A stretch of 53,135 nucleotides of DNA from contig JADGOS010000001.1 of the NCBI GenBank assembly GCA_017882825.1, positions 1 to 53,135 on the forward strand, in the 5' to 3' direction. The stretch is from Demequinaceae bacterium. Its GTDB lineage: Bacteria > Actinomycetota > Actinomycetes > Actinomycetales > Demequinaceae. The translations under genes and the position numbers were made by a program. This document shows positions 28,807 through 37,790 of the stretch, in pieces; positions within the stretch are counted from its first letter, which is position 1; every line of letters begins with the position of its first letter. The notes under the pieces are model-generated. The model was not told the origin of the DNA. It was given only the letters and a program-made list of their open reading frames with translations, and ran no database searches.

Positions 28807-29232
28807 CTAAATCCTCACCCTGGAGGTAGCCGCAGCCACTGCTGCGGCGACAATTCCCACAACGAGCGCGGCCCCGGTCACGGCAATCGTGAACACGACC
28901 TCCTGGAGCGCACCGAGGGTCGCACCATCAACCCCACCTTTGGCGTTCGCCATCAGGCCCTGCATCAGAAAGAAGCCGAACCAAGCGAAGCCCGCTGCGA
29001 TCCAGAGCGTGGATCGCCTCGCGCCGCCAGCAAGGACCCCGACTGCCCCGCCGATGATCGCCGCGAGGAGCAGCAACTCGATGATCGAGACCCAGGCGTG
29101 GTTGGCGCTGAAGCTCTGTGCCCCGATCCACGACCAGATGAGGGCGACGATGTACGTGACGACAAGGCTCAGTAGCAGCACGTTCACCGTGGACCTCGGA
29201 ACGATCCCGAGGATCTTCGTCTCTTTCTCCAT
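28807..29232 (-). CDS. Small hypothetical 4-TM membrane protein (A)
   Basis: Track ORF trimmed to the ATG at 29232 (MEKETKILG), preceded by aaaggag. Four hydrophobic helices and no recognisable motif. Lower GC than its neighbours. Confidence 0.55.
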   Translation of the reverse strand: MEKETKILGIVPRSTVNVLLLSLVVTYIVALIWSWIGAQSFSANHAWVSIIELLLLAAIIGGAVGVLAGGARRSTLWIAAGFAWFGFFLMQGLMANAKGGVDGATLGALQEVVFTIAVTGAALVVGIVAAAVAAATSRVRI

Positions 29233-29274
29233 CTGCAATCTCCTTTGATTGAGGAACCTCCACGGGGGAGGAAC

Positions 29275-29321
29275 GTCACCCATCATGACACTTTGTCACG
29301 GAAAGGTCACGGGCAGATCAC
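29275..29321. promoter_or_regulatory. Phased GTCAC direct repeats plus TGACA-N3-TGTCA palindrome upstream of membrane protein A
   Basis: GTCAC at 29275, 29295 and 29306, and ATCAC at 29317 (spacings 20, 11, 11 nt). Palindrome tgaca ctt tgtca at 29286-29298. Located 43-90 nt upstream of the ATG at 29232. Confidence 0.35.
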
Positions 29322-29335
29322 GACAAGATTTCGGG

Positions 29336-29746
29336 CTAGCGTTTGCCCCAACCGGCACATATCACGGCGACGATCGCGGCGAGTGCGGCAGCAACCTGGA
29401 GGTAGTTGGAGCCGAAACTCGCGAGAAGTGCGGCGCCAAAGGAGCCCGGGTCGGAGCCCGTGACGAACAGAATCGGAGTGCCAACGGCGGCCAGAATCCC
29501 GGCGGTCACGAGGGTCCCCACGCCCTGATCGGGGGAGGTCACCCGCACCGCGAACCCGACCGCGGCGGCCAGGAGGAGGATCAGGAGGATCTCGATGACG
29601 ATGTTGAGATCGTTCGGGACCGCGGCGCTGAGAAGCAGCGCGGCGGCAAACATTACGATGAGCCCGACCACAAGATTGCCGACGCGGTTGCGCCGCAGGA
29701 CGTCGAGGAAGGAAATGGTGCGCGCCTCTTGCGCCTCTTGCGCCAT
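29336..29746 (-). CDS. Small hypothetical 4-TM membrane protein (B), possible paralogue of A
   Basis: 136 aa, ATG at 29746 preceded by aaaggag. Four helices. The helix-2 segment IEILLILLLAAAVGFAV resembles IIELLLLAAIIGGAVGV in A. Confidence 0.55.
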   Translation of the reverse strand: MAQEAQEARTISFLDVLRRNRVGNLVVGLIVMFAAALLLSAAVPNDLNIVIEILLILLLAAAVGFAVRVTSPDQGVGTLVTAGILAAVGTPILFVTGSDPGSFGAALLASFGSNYLQVAAALAAIVAVICAGWGKR

Positions 29747-29844
29747 GATGTGTCTCCTTTGTTCGCGTTATCCCCTTGGGGGCGATTACCGCCATCATGG
29801 CACGCACCCGTTCGTTCGGGTAGGAACGGTCCCGGTTGGCTAAC

Positions 29845-31080
29845 ATGGTGGCGATGAGCGACTCAAGGGGCGCTGGCGCCCCGGCGTGGAACGAGCCCTG
29901 GACACGCGCCGAGGGTGAGGAGCGGGCGCGCGCGCTGTTCGCGACGGTCTACGACGAGGAACCAACGGGCGCATGGTCGGCGCCGGGTCGCATCAACTTC
30001 GTCGGGGATCACACGGACTACAACGGAGGTCTCTGCCTGCCGGCCATCATCCGGCACCGCGCCTACGTCGCTGGGCGAGCGCGACGCGACGCGATCGTGA
30101 GAATCTCGGACGGGCACGATCCGGCGCGGACGATCGAGGTCGAGATCGACGCGGTTCCCGCGGAAATGCGCCACACGTGGCTCGGCGCGGCCGCGGGTGT
30201 CGTCGGCGCGATGGTCGAGCGCGGATTCACCGGGCCGGGCCTCGACCTGGCGGTGGCGTCGTGCGTTCCGCAACGCGTCGGGCTCGCCTCCACCGCAGCG
30301 TTCGCGTGCGCGACGGCGCTCGCCGTGAATGATCTCTGGCGTCTCGCGCTCGACACGCCGGCGCTCCGCGTCGACCTCGCGGAGGCGGCGTATGACGCCG
30401 AAAGCCTCGTCGTCGGAGAGTCGATCGGGCGCCTCAACGAGTATGTCTCCCTCTTCGGATCGAGGCACAATGCTCTCCTGCTCGACTGCTCTACGTCGCC
30501 CCCGGCGATGCACGATACCGTGCTCGCCTTCCGCGAGCATGGACTCGAGGTCGTCGTTATCGACACCGGCACGACGTACGGCGTCGCGGACGCGGGGGCA
30601 CGGCGGGCCGAGTGTGTCGCCGCGACGTCGGCGCTCGGGGCGCGGAGCCTGCGCGAGATCGCCGACGCGCCGAACGGCCTTTCGCTCGTGGAGACGCTCA
30701 GCGACCCCACCCTCCGCAAGCGCGCCCGACACGTCATCACCGAGATACACCGCGTCAGAGGGTTCGTCGACGCCCTCGCGGGGGTCGGCCCCGCTCACGA
30801 GCGATTCGTCGAGGCCGGCCGCCTGATCTCGGCGTCGCACGCCTCCCTTGCCCTGGACTTCGAGGTGAGCGGTCCCGAGCTCGACCTCGCGGTTCAGGCG
30901 TCGCAAGCGGCAGGCGCCCTGGGCGCCAAGCTCGTCGGGGTGGGGTTCGGCGGAGCCATAATCGCCCTCGTTCGGCGCACGGCCAGGGCGACCCTCGTGG
31001 ATTCCGTGGATCGCGCGTTCGCGGACGCTGGCTTCCCGCCCCCGCGCTACCTGATCCCCTACGAGGTCAGCGCCGAGTAG
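29845..31080 (+). CDS. galK: Galactokinase (GHMP kinase)
   Basis: GRINFVGDHTDYNGG galactokinase signature and GVGFGGAIIAL GHMP motif. Start is the ATG at 29845, or alternatively 29854. Confidence 0.88.
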   Translation: MVAMSDSRGAGAPAWNEPWTRAEGEERARALFATVYDEEPTGAWSAPGRINFVGDHTDYNGGLCLPAIIRHRAYVAGRARRDAIVRISDGHDPARTIEVEIDAVPAEMRHTWLGAAAGVVGAMVERGFTGPGLDLAVASCVPQRVGLASTAAFACATALAVNDLWRLALDTPALRVDLAEAAYDAESLVVGESIGRLNEYVSLFGSRHNALLLDCSTSPPAMHDTVLAFREHGLEVVVIDTGTTYGVADAGARRAECVAATSALGARSLREIADAPNGLSLVETLSDPTLRKRARHVITEIHRVRGFVDALAGVGPAHERFVEAGRLISASHASLALDFEVSGPELDLAVQASQAAGALGAKLVGVGFGGAIIALVRRTARATLVDSVDRAFADAGFPPPRYLIPYEVSAE

Positions 31081-31859
31081 CGGACGACCAGCGGCGCGTG
31101 GTCACTCCACCGGGCATCCCACGACGCCGCTCTCTCGACCCGCGCGTCGGACGCCATGGCCGCGAGTTGCGGCGAGGCGAACTGGTAGTCCAGCCGCCAT
31201 CCCACATCGTTGTCGAAGGCCTTGCCGCGCTGCGACCACCACGTGTAGGGCCCGTCCACCTCGCCGGCCAGGGTCCGATGAACGTCGACCCAGCCCTGGG
31301 CCAGCCAAGCGTCGAGGTAGGCCCGCTCCTCGGCGAGGAAGCCGGCCGTCTTGAGGTTGCCCTTCCAGTTCTTGAGGTCGCGCGGCGCATGCGCGATGTT
31401 GATGTCGCCCGCCACGACTACCCGCTCGTGCGCGGCGAGGAGCTCTCGCATCCGCGCCGTCATCGCCTCGAGGAAGGCGTACTTGTCTTCCATCTTGGGC
31501 GTACCGGCCTGCCCCGAGTGGACGTAGACGGAGACCGCGCGCACATCGCCGACCGGCGTCGCCACCGTCGCCTCGGCCCAGCGGCCCGTATGCGAGGGAA
31601 CCTGGGGCAGGCCCGGCAGGCGAACGACGGGATCCCGCGCCTCGCCGCGAACCAGGAGCGCCGCCCCCGCGCGCCCCGCGACGTCCGACTCGTCGTGCAC
31701 GACGGTCCACGCGGGCTCAAGCGCCTCGCGGACAAGCGCATCGGGCGCGCGGACCTCCTGGAGGGCGATGATGTCGGCTGGGATCGCGCCGAGCCAGTCG
31801 CCGCCGCCCTTGCGCAGTGCCGCGCGCAGACCGTTGGCGTTGACCGTCGCAATGCGCAT
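31059..31859 (-). CDS. xthA: Exodeoxyribonuclease III (AP endonuclease)
   Basis: 266 aa. MRIATVNANGLRA, IIALQE, GDINIAH and a C-terminal WSDHAPL. The 3' end overlaps the galK 3' end by 22 nt (convergent). Confidence 0.9.
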   Translation of the reverse strand: MRIATVNANGLRAALRKGGGDWLGAIPADIIALQEVRAPDALVREALEPAWTVVHDESDVAGRAGAALLVRGEARDPVVRLPGLPQVPSHTGRWAEATVATPVGDVRAVSVYVHSGQAGTPKMEDKYAFLEAMTARMRELLAAHERVVVAGDINIAHAPRDLKNWKGNLKTAGFLAEERAYLDAWLAQGWVDVHRTLAGEVDGPYTWWSQRGKAFDNDVGWRLDYQFASPQLAAMASDARVERAASWDARWSDHAPLVVRYSALTS

Positions 31860-31869
31860 GTGCGGAACC

Positions 31870-32754
31870 CTAGCCCGCCGCGGCGCGCTCCGCCATCTCG
31901 ACGACGTTCTGAAGCAGCATCGCGCGGGTCATCGGACCCACGCCGCCGGGGTTGGGAGAGATCCAGGCGGCGAGTTCGGCCGCCTCGGGCGCGATGTCTC
32001 CCGCGACGCGGCTCTTGCCCGTCGCGGGGTCGGTCACGCGACTTATGCCCACGTCGATAAGCACGGCGCCCGGCTTGACCATGTCCGCGGAGACGATGCC
32101 CGGCACCCCCGCCGCGGCGACGATGACGTCGGCCCTGCGCGCGTGCTCCGCGAGGTCCCTCGTCCCGGTGTGGCACAGGGTGACGGTCGCGTTGACGGCC
32201 TTGCGGGTCAGGAGGAGGCCGATGCTGCGGCCGACGGTGGTGCCGCGCCCCACGACGACGATGTCGGCGCCCCGAAGGGACACCCCGTGCCGGTCAAGGA
32301 GTTCGATGATTCCCCGTGGGGTGCACGGGAGCGGCGACGTGACGTCCTCTGAGACCCGGAGGACGAGCCGGCCGAGGTTCATCGGGTGGAGGCCGTCAGC
32401 GTCCTTCTCCGGATCGACGAGCTCGAGCACGCGGTTGGTGTCGATGCCGTCGGGCAGGGGGAGCTGAACGATGAAGCCCGTGCAAGCAGGGTCCGCGTTG
32501 AGGCGCGCCACCGCGGCCTCGATCTCCATCTGGGTGGCGGTCGCCGGGAGGTCCTCGCGGATGGAGGCGATGCCGACCTCGGCGCAGTCGGAATGCTTGC
32601 CGTTGACGTACCAGGTCGATCCCGGGTCGTCCCCCACCAGGAGGGTACCCAGACCCGGCTTGATTCCAGCGCCCGCCAGGACCGAGACCCGCGTGGTCAG
32701 TTCGGCCTTGATCGCGGCCGCCGTCGCCTTGCCGTCGAGAATCCTCGCGCTCAC
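31870..32754 (-). CDS. folD: Bifunctional methylene-THF dehydrogenase / methenyl-THF cyclohydrolase
   Basis: Trimmed to the GTG at 32754 ([13 protein letters not shown]). [21 protein letters not shown] loop and PGGVGPMT. Starts 10 nt downstream of the glyA stop. Confidence 0.92.
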   Translation of the reverse strand: MSARILDGKATAAAIKAELTTRVSVLAGAGIKPGLGTLLVGDDPGSTWYVNGKHSDCAEVGIASIREDLPATATQMEIEAAVARLNADPACTGFIVQLPLPDGIDTNRVLELVDPEKDADGLHPMNLGRLVLRVSEDVTSPLPCTPRGIIELLDRHGVSLRGADIVVVGRGTTVGRSIGLLLTRKAVNATVTLCHTGTRDLAEHARRADVIVAAAGVPGIVSADMVKPGAVLIDVGISRVTDPATGKSRVAGDIAPEAAELAAWISPNPGGVGPMTRAMLLQNVVEMAERAAAG

Positions 32755-32764
32755 GCCCCGCGCC

Positions 32765-34072
32765 CTACTGCTCGAGGCCGGGGTAGAGCGGGAACTCGCC
32801 CGCGAGTTTCGCAACGCGCGCCCGGAGAGCCGCGATGTCCGCGCCGCCCTTGAGCGCGGTCGCGATGATGTCCGCCACCTCGGTGAACTCGGTCGCACCG
32901 AAGCCGCGCGTCGCGAGCGCCGGCGTGCCGATGCGCACCCCCGAGGTCACCATCGGCGGACGCGGGTCGAACGGCACGGCGTTGCGGTTGACCGTGATGC
33001 CCGCCTCCTCCAAGAGGTGCTGGGCCTGGCTACCGTCGAGCTCCGAGTTCCGAAGGTCAACGAGCACCAGGTGGACATCGGTGCCGCCCGTCAGCACAGA
33101 CACCCCGGCGGAGACGCAGTCGGGAGCCATGAGCCGCTCCGCGAGGATGCGCGCACCCTCCAGCACGCGTTCCTGGCGAGCCCTGAATTCCGCGCCCGCG
33201 GCGACCTTGAGCGCCACGGCCTTGGCGGCGATCACGTGCATCAGCGGCCCGCCCTGCTGGCCAGGGAACACCGCGGAATTGAGCGCCTTCGCGTACGTCT
33301 CGTCGCGCGCGATGATGAGGCCGGAGCGCGGACCCGCGAGGGTCTTGTGAATCGTCGAGGAGACGACGTCGGAGTCGGGCACCGGGGAGGGGTGGAGTCC
33401 CGCGGCCACGAGGCCCGCGAAGTGCGCCATGTCCGTCCAGAGCTTCGCGCCGACCTCGTCCGCGATCGCGCGGAAGGCCGCGAAGTCGAGGTGGCGGGGG
33501 TACGCCGACCAGCCGGCAATGATGACGTCGGGCCGCTCGGCGAGCGCGGTCGCGCGCACCTGCTCCATCTCGATCCGGTGCGTCTTCTCATCCACGCCAT
33601 ACGACGAGACCTCGTAAAGGCGGCCGGAAAAGTTGATCTTCATCCCGTGCGTGAGGTGGCCCCCGTGCGCGAGGCTGAGGCCCATGATCCGGTCGCCCGG
33701 CTTGATGAGGGCGTGGAGGACCGCGGCGTTGGCCGTGGCGCCGGAGTGCGGCTGGACGTTGGCGAATGCCGCGCCGAAGAGGGACTTGGCCCGGTCAATG
33801 GCCAATTGCTCCGCGACGTCCACCTCTTCGCAACCGCCGTAGTAGCGCTTGCCGGGGTAGCCCTCCGCGTACTTGTTCGTCAGCACGCTCCCCTGCGCCT
33901 GGAGGACGGCTCGGGGAACGAAGTTCTCGCTCGCGATCATCTCGAGGGTTCCGCGCTGGCGCGCGAGTTCGCGGTCGAGCACGGTGGCGATCTCGGGGTC
34001 GAGGTCGCGCAGCGTCGAGTTCATGATGGCGGCGGTTGCGCTGCGGTTGGTGGCGCTGGAGTCGGTGGTCAT
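32765..34072 (-). CDS. glyA: Serine hydroxymethyltransferase
   Basis: ATG at 34072 preceded by gagagga. LEMIASENF and the PLP-Lys motif [13 protein letters not shown]. Confidence 0.93.
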   Translation of the reverse strand: MTTDSSATNRSATAAIMNSTLRDLDPEIATVLDRELARQRGTLEMIASENFVPRAVLQAQGSVLTNKYAEGYPGKRYYGGCEEVDVAEQLAIDRAKSLFGAAFANVQPHSGATANAAVLHALIKPGDRIMGLSLAHGGHLTHGMKINFSGRLYEVSSYGVDEKTHRIEMEQVRATALAERPDVIIAGWSAYPRHLDFAAFRAIADEVGAKLWTDMAHFAGLVAAGLHPSPVPDSDVVSSTIHKTLAGPRSGLIIARDETYAKALNSAVFPGQQGGPLMHVIAAKAVALKVAAGAEFRARQERVLEGARILAERLMAPDCVSAGVSVLTGGTDVHLVLVDLRNSELDGSQAQHLLEEAGITVNRNAVPFDPRPPMVTSGVRIGTPALATRGFGATEFTEVADIIATALKGGADIAALRARVAKLAGEFPLYPGLEQ

Positions 34073-34127
34073 GGTCGTCCTCTCGGCCGGGCGGCTTCCG
34101 GGCCGCCGGGATTCTTCTCCGGTGACC

Positions 34128-34205
34128 ATGGCCCAGGCGGACGACCATCAGTCTGAAGTCTGCGTCGCTCCCTCGTGGTGGCCCACTTCGCCAGTCGCGA
34201 CCGCG
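34128..34205 (-). promoter_or_regulatory. ZTP (pfl-motif) riboswitch in the glyA-folD leader
   Basis: The minus strand reads GGUCGCGACUGGCGAAGUGGGCCACCACGAGGGAGCGACGC-(22 nt)-GUCCGCCUGGGCC. It contains the conserved ACUGGCG, GGG..CCAC, GGGAGC and 3' CCGCCUGGGC blocks, with P1 GUCGC/GCGAC. It sits about 55 nt upstream of the glyA ATG. Confidence 0.8.
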
Positions 34206-34216
34206 TCAGTCTATCG

Positions 34217-34750
34217 TCAGTTCTCGCCGCGGACCACGGCGGGATCCTCGCCGTCCTCGACGACGTTGCCCGCCTCGAGTACCTTCCTCAGGTACGCATA
34301 GGTGAGGCCGCCAGCCTGTTGGTCGAACTCGTGCTCGAACCCCGCCTTGTTGTACAGCTCGATGTTCTCCTTGGAGTCCTGGCCCGTGAAGACCCACACC
34401 TCTTTGGTGGTCTCGGGAAGGTACTGGAGCACAGCGAAGAGCAACTTCGTTCCGATTCCGTGGCCCTGGACGTCGGGCGCCACGGCGAGCCGCCCGAGGG
34501 TTGCCTTGTCTCCCTCGATCCCCACGCGTATCGAGCCAAGCAGGCGGGGGCCGCGCCGCGCTCCGAGCGTGATCACCCCGTCGGAGGTGAGGTCCGCCAC
34601 CAGTTCGTCGAGCGTCTGGGTCAGGGCGGGAATGTGCGGGTCGTTGTAGGTCTGGGCCTCCGAGACGAACGCCGCGCGGCGGAGCGTCAGCAGTTCTCCC
34701 GCGTCGGCAACCGTCACGACCGCGACCACGACGTCTTCTTCGGCTCCCAT
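34217..34750 (-). CDS. GNAT family N-acetyltransferase
   Basis: 177 aa. Acetyl-CoA motif RLAVAPDVQGHGIGTKLL (Q/RxxGxG) and a C-terminal NIELYNKAGF. Confidence 0.85.
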   Translation of the reverse strand: MGAEEDVVVAVVTVADAGELLTLRRAAFVSEAQTYNDPHIPALTQTLDELVADLTSDGVITLGARRGPRLLGSIRVGIEGDKATLGRLAVAPDVQGHGIGTKLLFAVLQYLPETTKEVWVFTGQDSKENIELYNKAGFEHEFDQQAGGLTYAYLRKVLEAGNVVEDGEDPAVVRGEN

Positions 34751-34754
34751 GCCA

Positions 34755-36647
34755 CTATCCTTCCACGGCTAGCGCGGCGATCCCCTTCACCCACGCGGAC
34801 TTCAGGCCGAGCTTGGTCCGGACCTTCTCCATCCCCGTCAGCGTCGATGTGGCGCCCGTGCTCGACGTCGCGCGCAGGGCGGTAACGCCCGCGTCCTCCC
34901 CGGGACCCGTGCGGGAGACGATGTCCAGACGCACGACGTCGGGCAGGCCGAACGTCGTCGCCAGTGTCACCTGGTCGATGGTCGCCGTCCAGTCCGCGTT
35001 CGGGTTGACGATCTGGGGAAGCGCGCTCCAGGGATCGGGCACGGACTTGAGGTAACTGACGGTGGCCGACCAGACGTTCTCGCTGTTCTCCGTCTGGCCC
35101 CCGCTGGACGAGAAGTAGTAGGCGGTGACGAGGTGCCCTGCGCCCCCAGCGCCGTAGGTGAGCATCATCCCGGAGTGCCGGTCGTCGCTCGCCGTCGCAT
35201 TGACGCCGGCCACCCATCGGGCGCCCCACTGGCCCGTATCTCCCTGGCTCTCCTTAGTCCACCCGGTGAAGTTCTGGCTGCGCGTGTCGTCGTACAGCTG
35301 GCAGTCGCACGCCGCCTTGTAGGCCCGGTTCGCAACCGCGTAGTTGCGCGCGGCGATGGCCTGGGCCTCGAGCGCTGCGGTGGGCCAAGCCGACGGGACC
35401 TCCGCGATGCCCCAGAGGTACTCGGTGTTGAGCTTGAGCAGGTTGACGATGTTCAGACGCTTGCCGCCCGCCGTCCCGATGATCAACTCTCCGTGGCGGT
35501 ACGTGCCGTTGCTCGCCGAGGCCCCGTCCGGTCCGTTGATCCCGACGAACGACGTCTCGGTCGAGCCCGGATCCTGGTAGGTGGTCCCTGCCCACGTGAG
35601 GACGGCGATCCCGCCCGAAGCGGATACCCCGTTCGCCGTCGCGGTCACGGTCGAGCCGGACGCGCTGAGCGCGATGTCCTGATCCTTGGTGCCCGTGAGG
35701 ACCCTGGGAGCGCCGCCGTCGAGGAGCGGCTTCGAGGACGCCGTGTAGAACGTGAGGGTCCACGCCCCCGTGTCGGCCTCGGCGGCAGACTGCACCCGCA
35801 GCGTCGTTGCGGTCTTCGAGTCGTCTCCCGAGCCGAACACCTGGACGCGGACGGTCGCGTCGCCCTGAGGGTCCTCCGAGCCGGTCACGGGGAGCATCTC
35901 CACTCGGCTTCCGGTGTAGTAGTAGGTGAGAATCTGGGACTCGGTGTACCCGTATCGGGCCATGGCGGCCGCACCGTACTGCGACATCCCGACGCCGTGG
36001 CCCCATCCGCCTCCGCGGAAGACGAAGGCCTGGGGGATCGACGCGTCTGGCGTCATGGCTACGACGTCGGTAGTGACGTCGCCGATGCTGAATTTGTACT
36101 GGCCGTCGTCGCCCGGGTAGACCGTCACCCTCGCGGCGCCGTGGGCAATCGGCACGGGAACGGGGTCCGCCGTCCAGACGCCTCCGACGCTCCTCCAGAG
36201 TTCGGCGTGGTCCGACACGGGCGGATCGGTGGTGACGTCCACGGAGACGGGCAACCCGGGGTAGTAGCCCGTGGGGCCCGACGCGGTGAGGGTCAGCGGC
36301 GTCTTCGTCATCGTCGCCGACTCGGACGTCTTCCTGCCCATCTCCACGCGGTACCCCGCGACGTCCGCGGTGGGCGTCACGGCCAGCGTCGCCGTGCCAT
36401 GTTCGACCGTGAACTTGTCGGGAACCTTCGTCCATTCGCCCCCGTCCGACTGCTCCCACAACACCGCCTTGCCGTCGATAGGAGGCTCGACCGCGACGGC
36501 CAGGTCATATGTGTAGCCGGCGACGTAGCGGGAGTCGCCGGACACGCTGATGGTCTCGACCCTCGGCCCCGAGAAGACCACGATCAGGGCGACGATGATC
36601 GCCGATCCGACGATCCCTGCGGCGATCCACACGACGAGGGACTTCAT
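34755..36647 (-). CDS. SpoIID/LytB-domain protein with N-terminal anchor and two Ig-like repeats
   Basis: Trimmed to the ATG at 36647 (MKSLVVWIAAG), preceded by aaggagg. SpoIID motif GGGWGHGVGMSQYGA. Two internally similar ~90-aa segments precede the catalytic domain. Confidence 0.85.
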   Translation of the reverse strand: MKSLVVWIAAGIVGSAIIVALIVVFSGPRVETISVSGDSRYVAGYTYDLAVAVEPPIDGKAVLWEQSDGGEWTKVPDKFTVEHGTATLAVTPTADVAGYRVEMGRKTSESATMTKTPLTLTASGPTGYYPGLPVSVDVTTDPPVSDHAELWRSVGGVWTADPVPVPIAHGAARVTVYPGDDGQYKFSIGDVTTDVVAMTPDASIPQAFVFRGGGWGHGVGMSQYGAAAMARYGYTESQILTYYYTGSRVEMLPVTGSEDPQGDATVRVQVFGSGDDSKTATTLRVQSAAEADTGAWTLTFYTASSKPLLDGGAPRVLTGTKDQDIALSASGSTVTATANGVSASGGIAVLTWAGTTYQDPGSTETSFVGINGPDGASASNGTYRHGELIIGTAGGKRLNIVNLLKLNTEYLWGIAEVPSAWPTAALEAQAIAARNYAVANRAYKAACDCQLYDDTRSQNFTGWTKESQGDTGQWGARWVAGVNATASDDRHSGMMLTYGAGGAGHLVTAYYFSSSGGQTENSENVWSATVSYLKSVPDPWSALPQIVNPNADWTATIDQVTLATTFGLPDVVRLDIVSRTGPGEDAGVTALRATSSTGATSTLTGMEKVRTKLGLKSAWVKGIAALAVEG

Positions 36648-36839
36648 GGTGTCGGACCTCCTTGGATGCCCATGCCGCGCGCAACACCCGTAAGGGGGCG
36701 CCGGCACTCCGAGCCTCGCCTCACCCTAACCCCCCGCCGGCATCTGCGCAGCGACGAGCGTCGCGGCACGTGCGCAGGGACGAGCGGCGCGGCGGCCCGG
36801 CGGACTCGCGGGTGGTCCGGCCATCGCTATCCTGGGCGT

Positions 36840-37709
36840 GTGCCGCCATCAGCACCCGGCGAGGCCGGGACTCCGTGGGTCCTCAGCCTGTCGTGCCCCG
36901 ACGGGCCGGGAATCGTCCACGCGGTGTCCGGCGCGCTCGCCGACCACGGGGGCAACATCACCGAGTCGCAGCAGTTCGGCGACCCCACCACCGGGCTCTT
37001 CTTCATGCGGGTCGCCGTCACCTCGGGCGCACCACGGGACGAGATCGAGGCGGCGATCGGCGCCCTCGCCGCGCGCTTCGGTATGACGTGGCGGCTCGAC
37101 GTTTCGGGTCGGCCGATGAGAACGATGGTTCTGGTGTCCAAGGCCGCTCACTGCATCAACGACCTGCTCTACCGCGAGCGCGAGGGGAGCCTGCCGGTCG
37201 ACATCGTCGCGGTCGTCGGCAACCACCCCGACCTTGCCGATCTCGCCCGGTTCTACGGCAAGCCCTTCCACCACATTGCCGTCTCGCCCGAGACGAAGGC
37301 TGCGGCGGAGGATCGGATTCTCGCGCTCTCCGAGGAGCTCGACGTCGAACTCGTCGTCCTTGCGAGGTACATGCAGATCCTCTCGCCCAGGATGTGCGAG
37401 GCGCTCGCGGGCAAGGCGATCAATATTCACCACTCCTTCCTGCCCAGCTTCAAGGGTGCGCGCCCCTATTTTCAGGCGCACGACCGAGGGGTCAAGCTCA
37501 TCGGCGCGACCGCCCACTACGTCACGGCCGACCTCGATGAGGGCCCCATCATCGAGCAGGACGTGGAGCGCGTCGACCACACGTCAACGCCGGAGGCCCT
37601 CACGGCCACCGGCGCCGACCTGGAGCGACGTGCGCTTTCTCGGGCCGTGCGCTGGCACGCCGAGCACCGGGTGCTGCTCAATGGCCACCGGACCATCGTC
37701 TTCCGCTAG
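36840..37709 (+). CDS. purU: Formyltetrahydrofolate deformylase
   Basis: C-terminal 289 aa of the 858-aa track ORF, with GTG at 36840. N-terminal ACT domain (LSLSCPDGPGIVHAVSGAL), LARYMQIL and HHSFLPSFKGA. Confidence 0.9.
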   Translation: MPPSAPGEAGTPWVLSLSCPDGPGIVHAVSGALADHGGNITESQQFGDPTTGLFFMRVAVTSGAPRDEIEAAIGALAARFGMTWRLDVSGRPMRTMVLVSKAAHCINDLLYREREGSLPVDIVAVVGNHPDLADLARFYGKPFHHIAVSPETKAAAEDRILALSEELDVELVVLARYMQILSPRMCEALAGKAINIHHSFLPSFKGARPYFQAHDRGVKLIGATAHYVTADLDEGPIIEQDVERVDHTSTPEALTATGADLERRALSRAVRWHAEHRVLLNGHRTIVFR

Positions 37710-37790
37710 GTGGCGCCCCCGCCCGTCGCGATCGCGGATCCGGGGACGTCCCCTCTTCCCGACGCGGAGCCGCGTCGATACGGTGCAAGC

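Noticed and set aside
36648-36740. Possible c-di-AMP (ydaO-type) riboswitch in the leader of the SpoIID-like cell-wall gene.
   Set aside because: The context is suggestive and there is a GGGUGA string. However, I could not find the paired ACGGGGA / CCGA..CCCG..AGCU-type conserved blocks, only generic GC-rich complementarity. A covariance-model scan would settle it.
36790-36839. Second ZTP-like element upstream of purU (GGACUCGCGGGUGGUCC ... AUCCUGGGCG).
   Set aside because: There is only partial resemblance. ACUGGCG is ACUCGCG, there is no GGGAGC block, and CCGCCUGGGC is incomplete. This is most likely chance.
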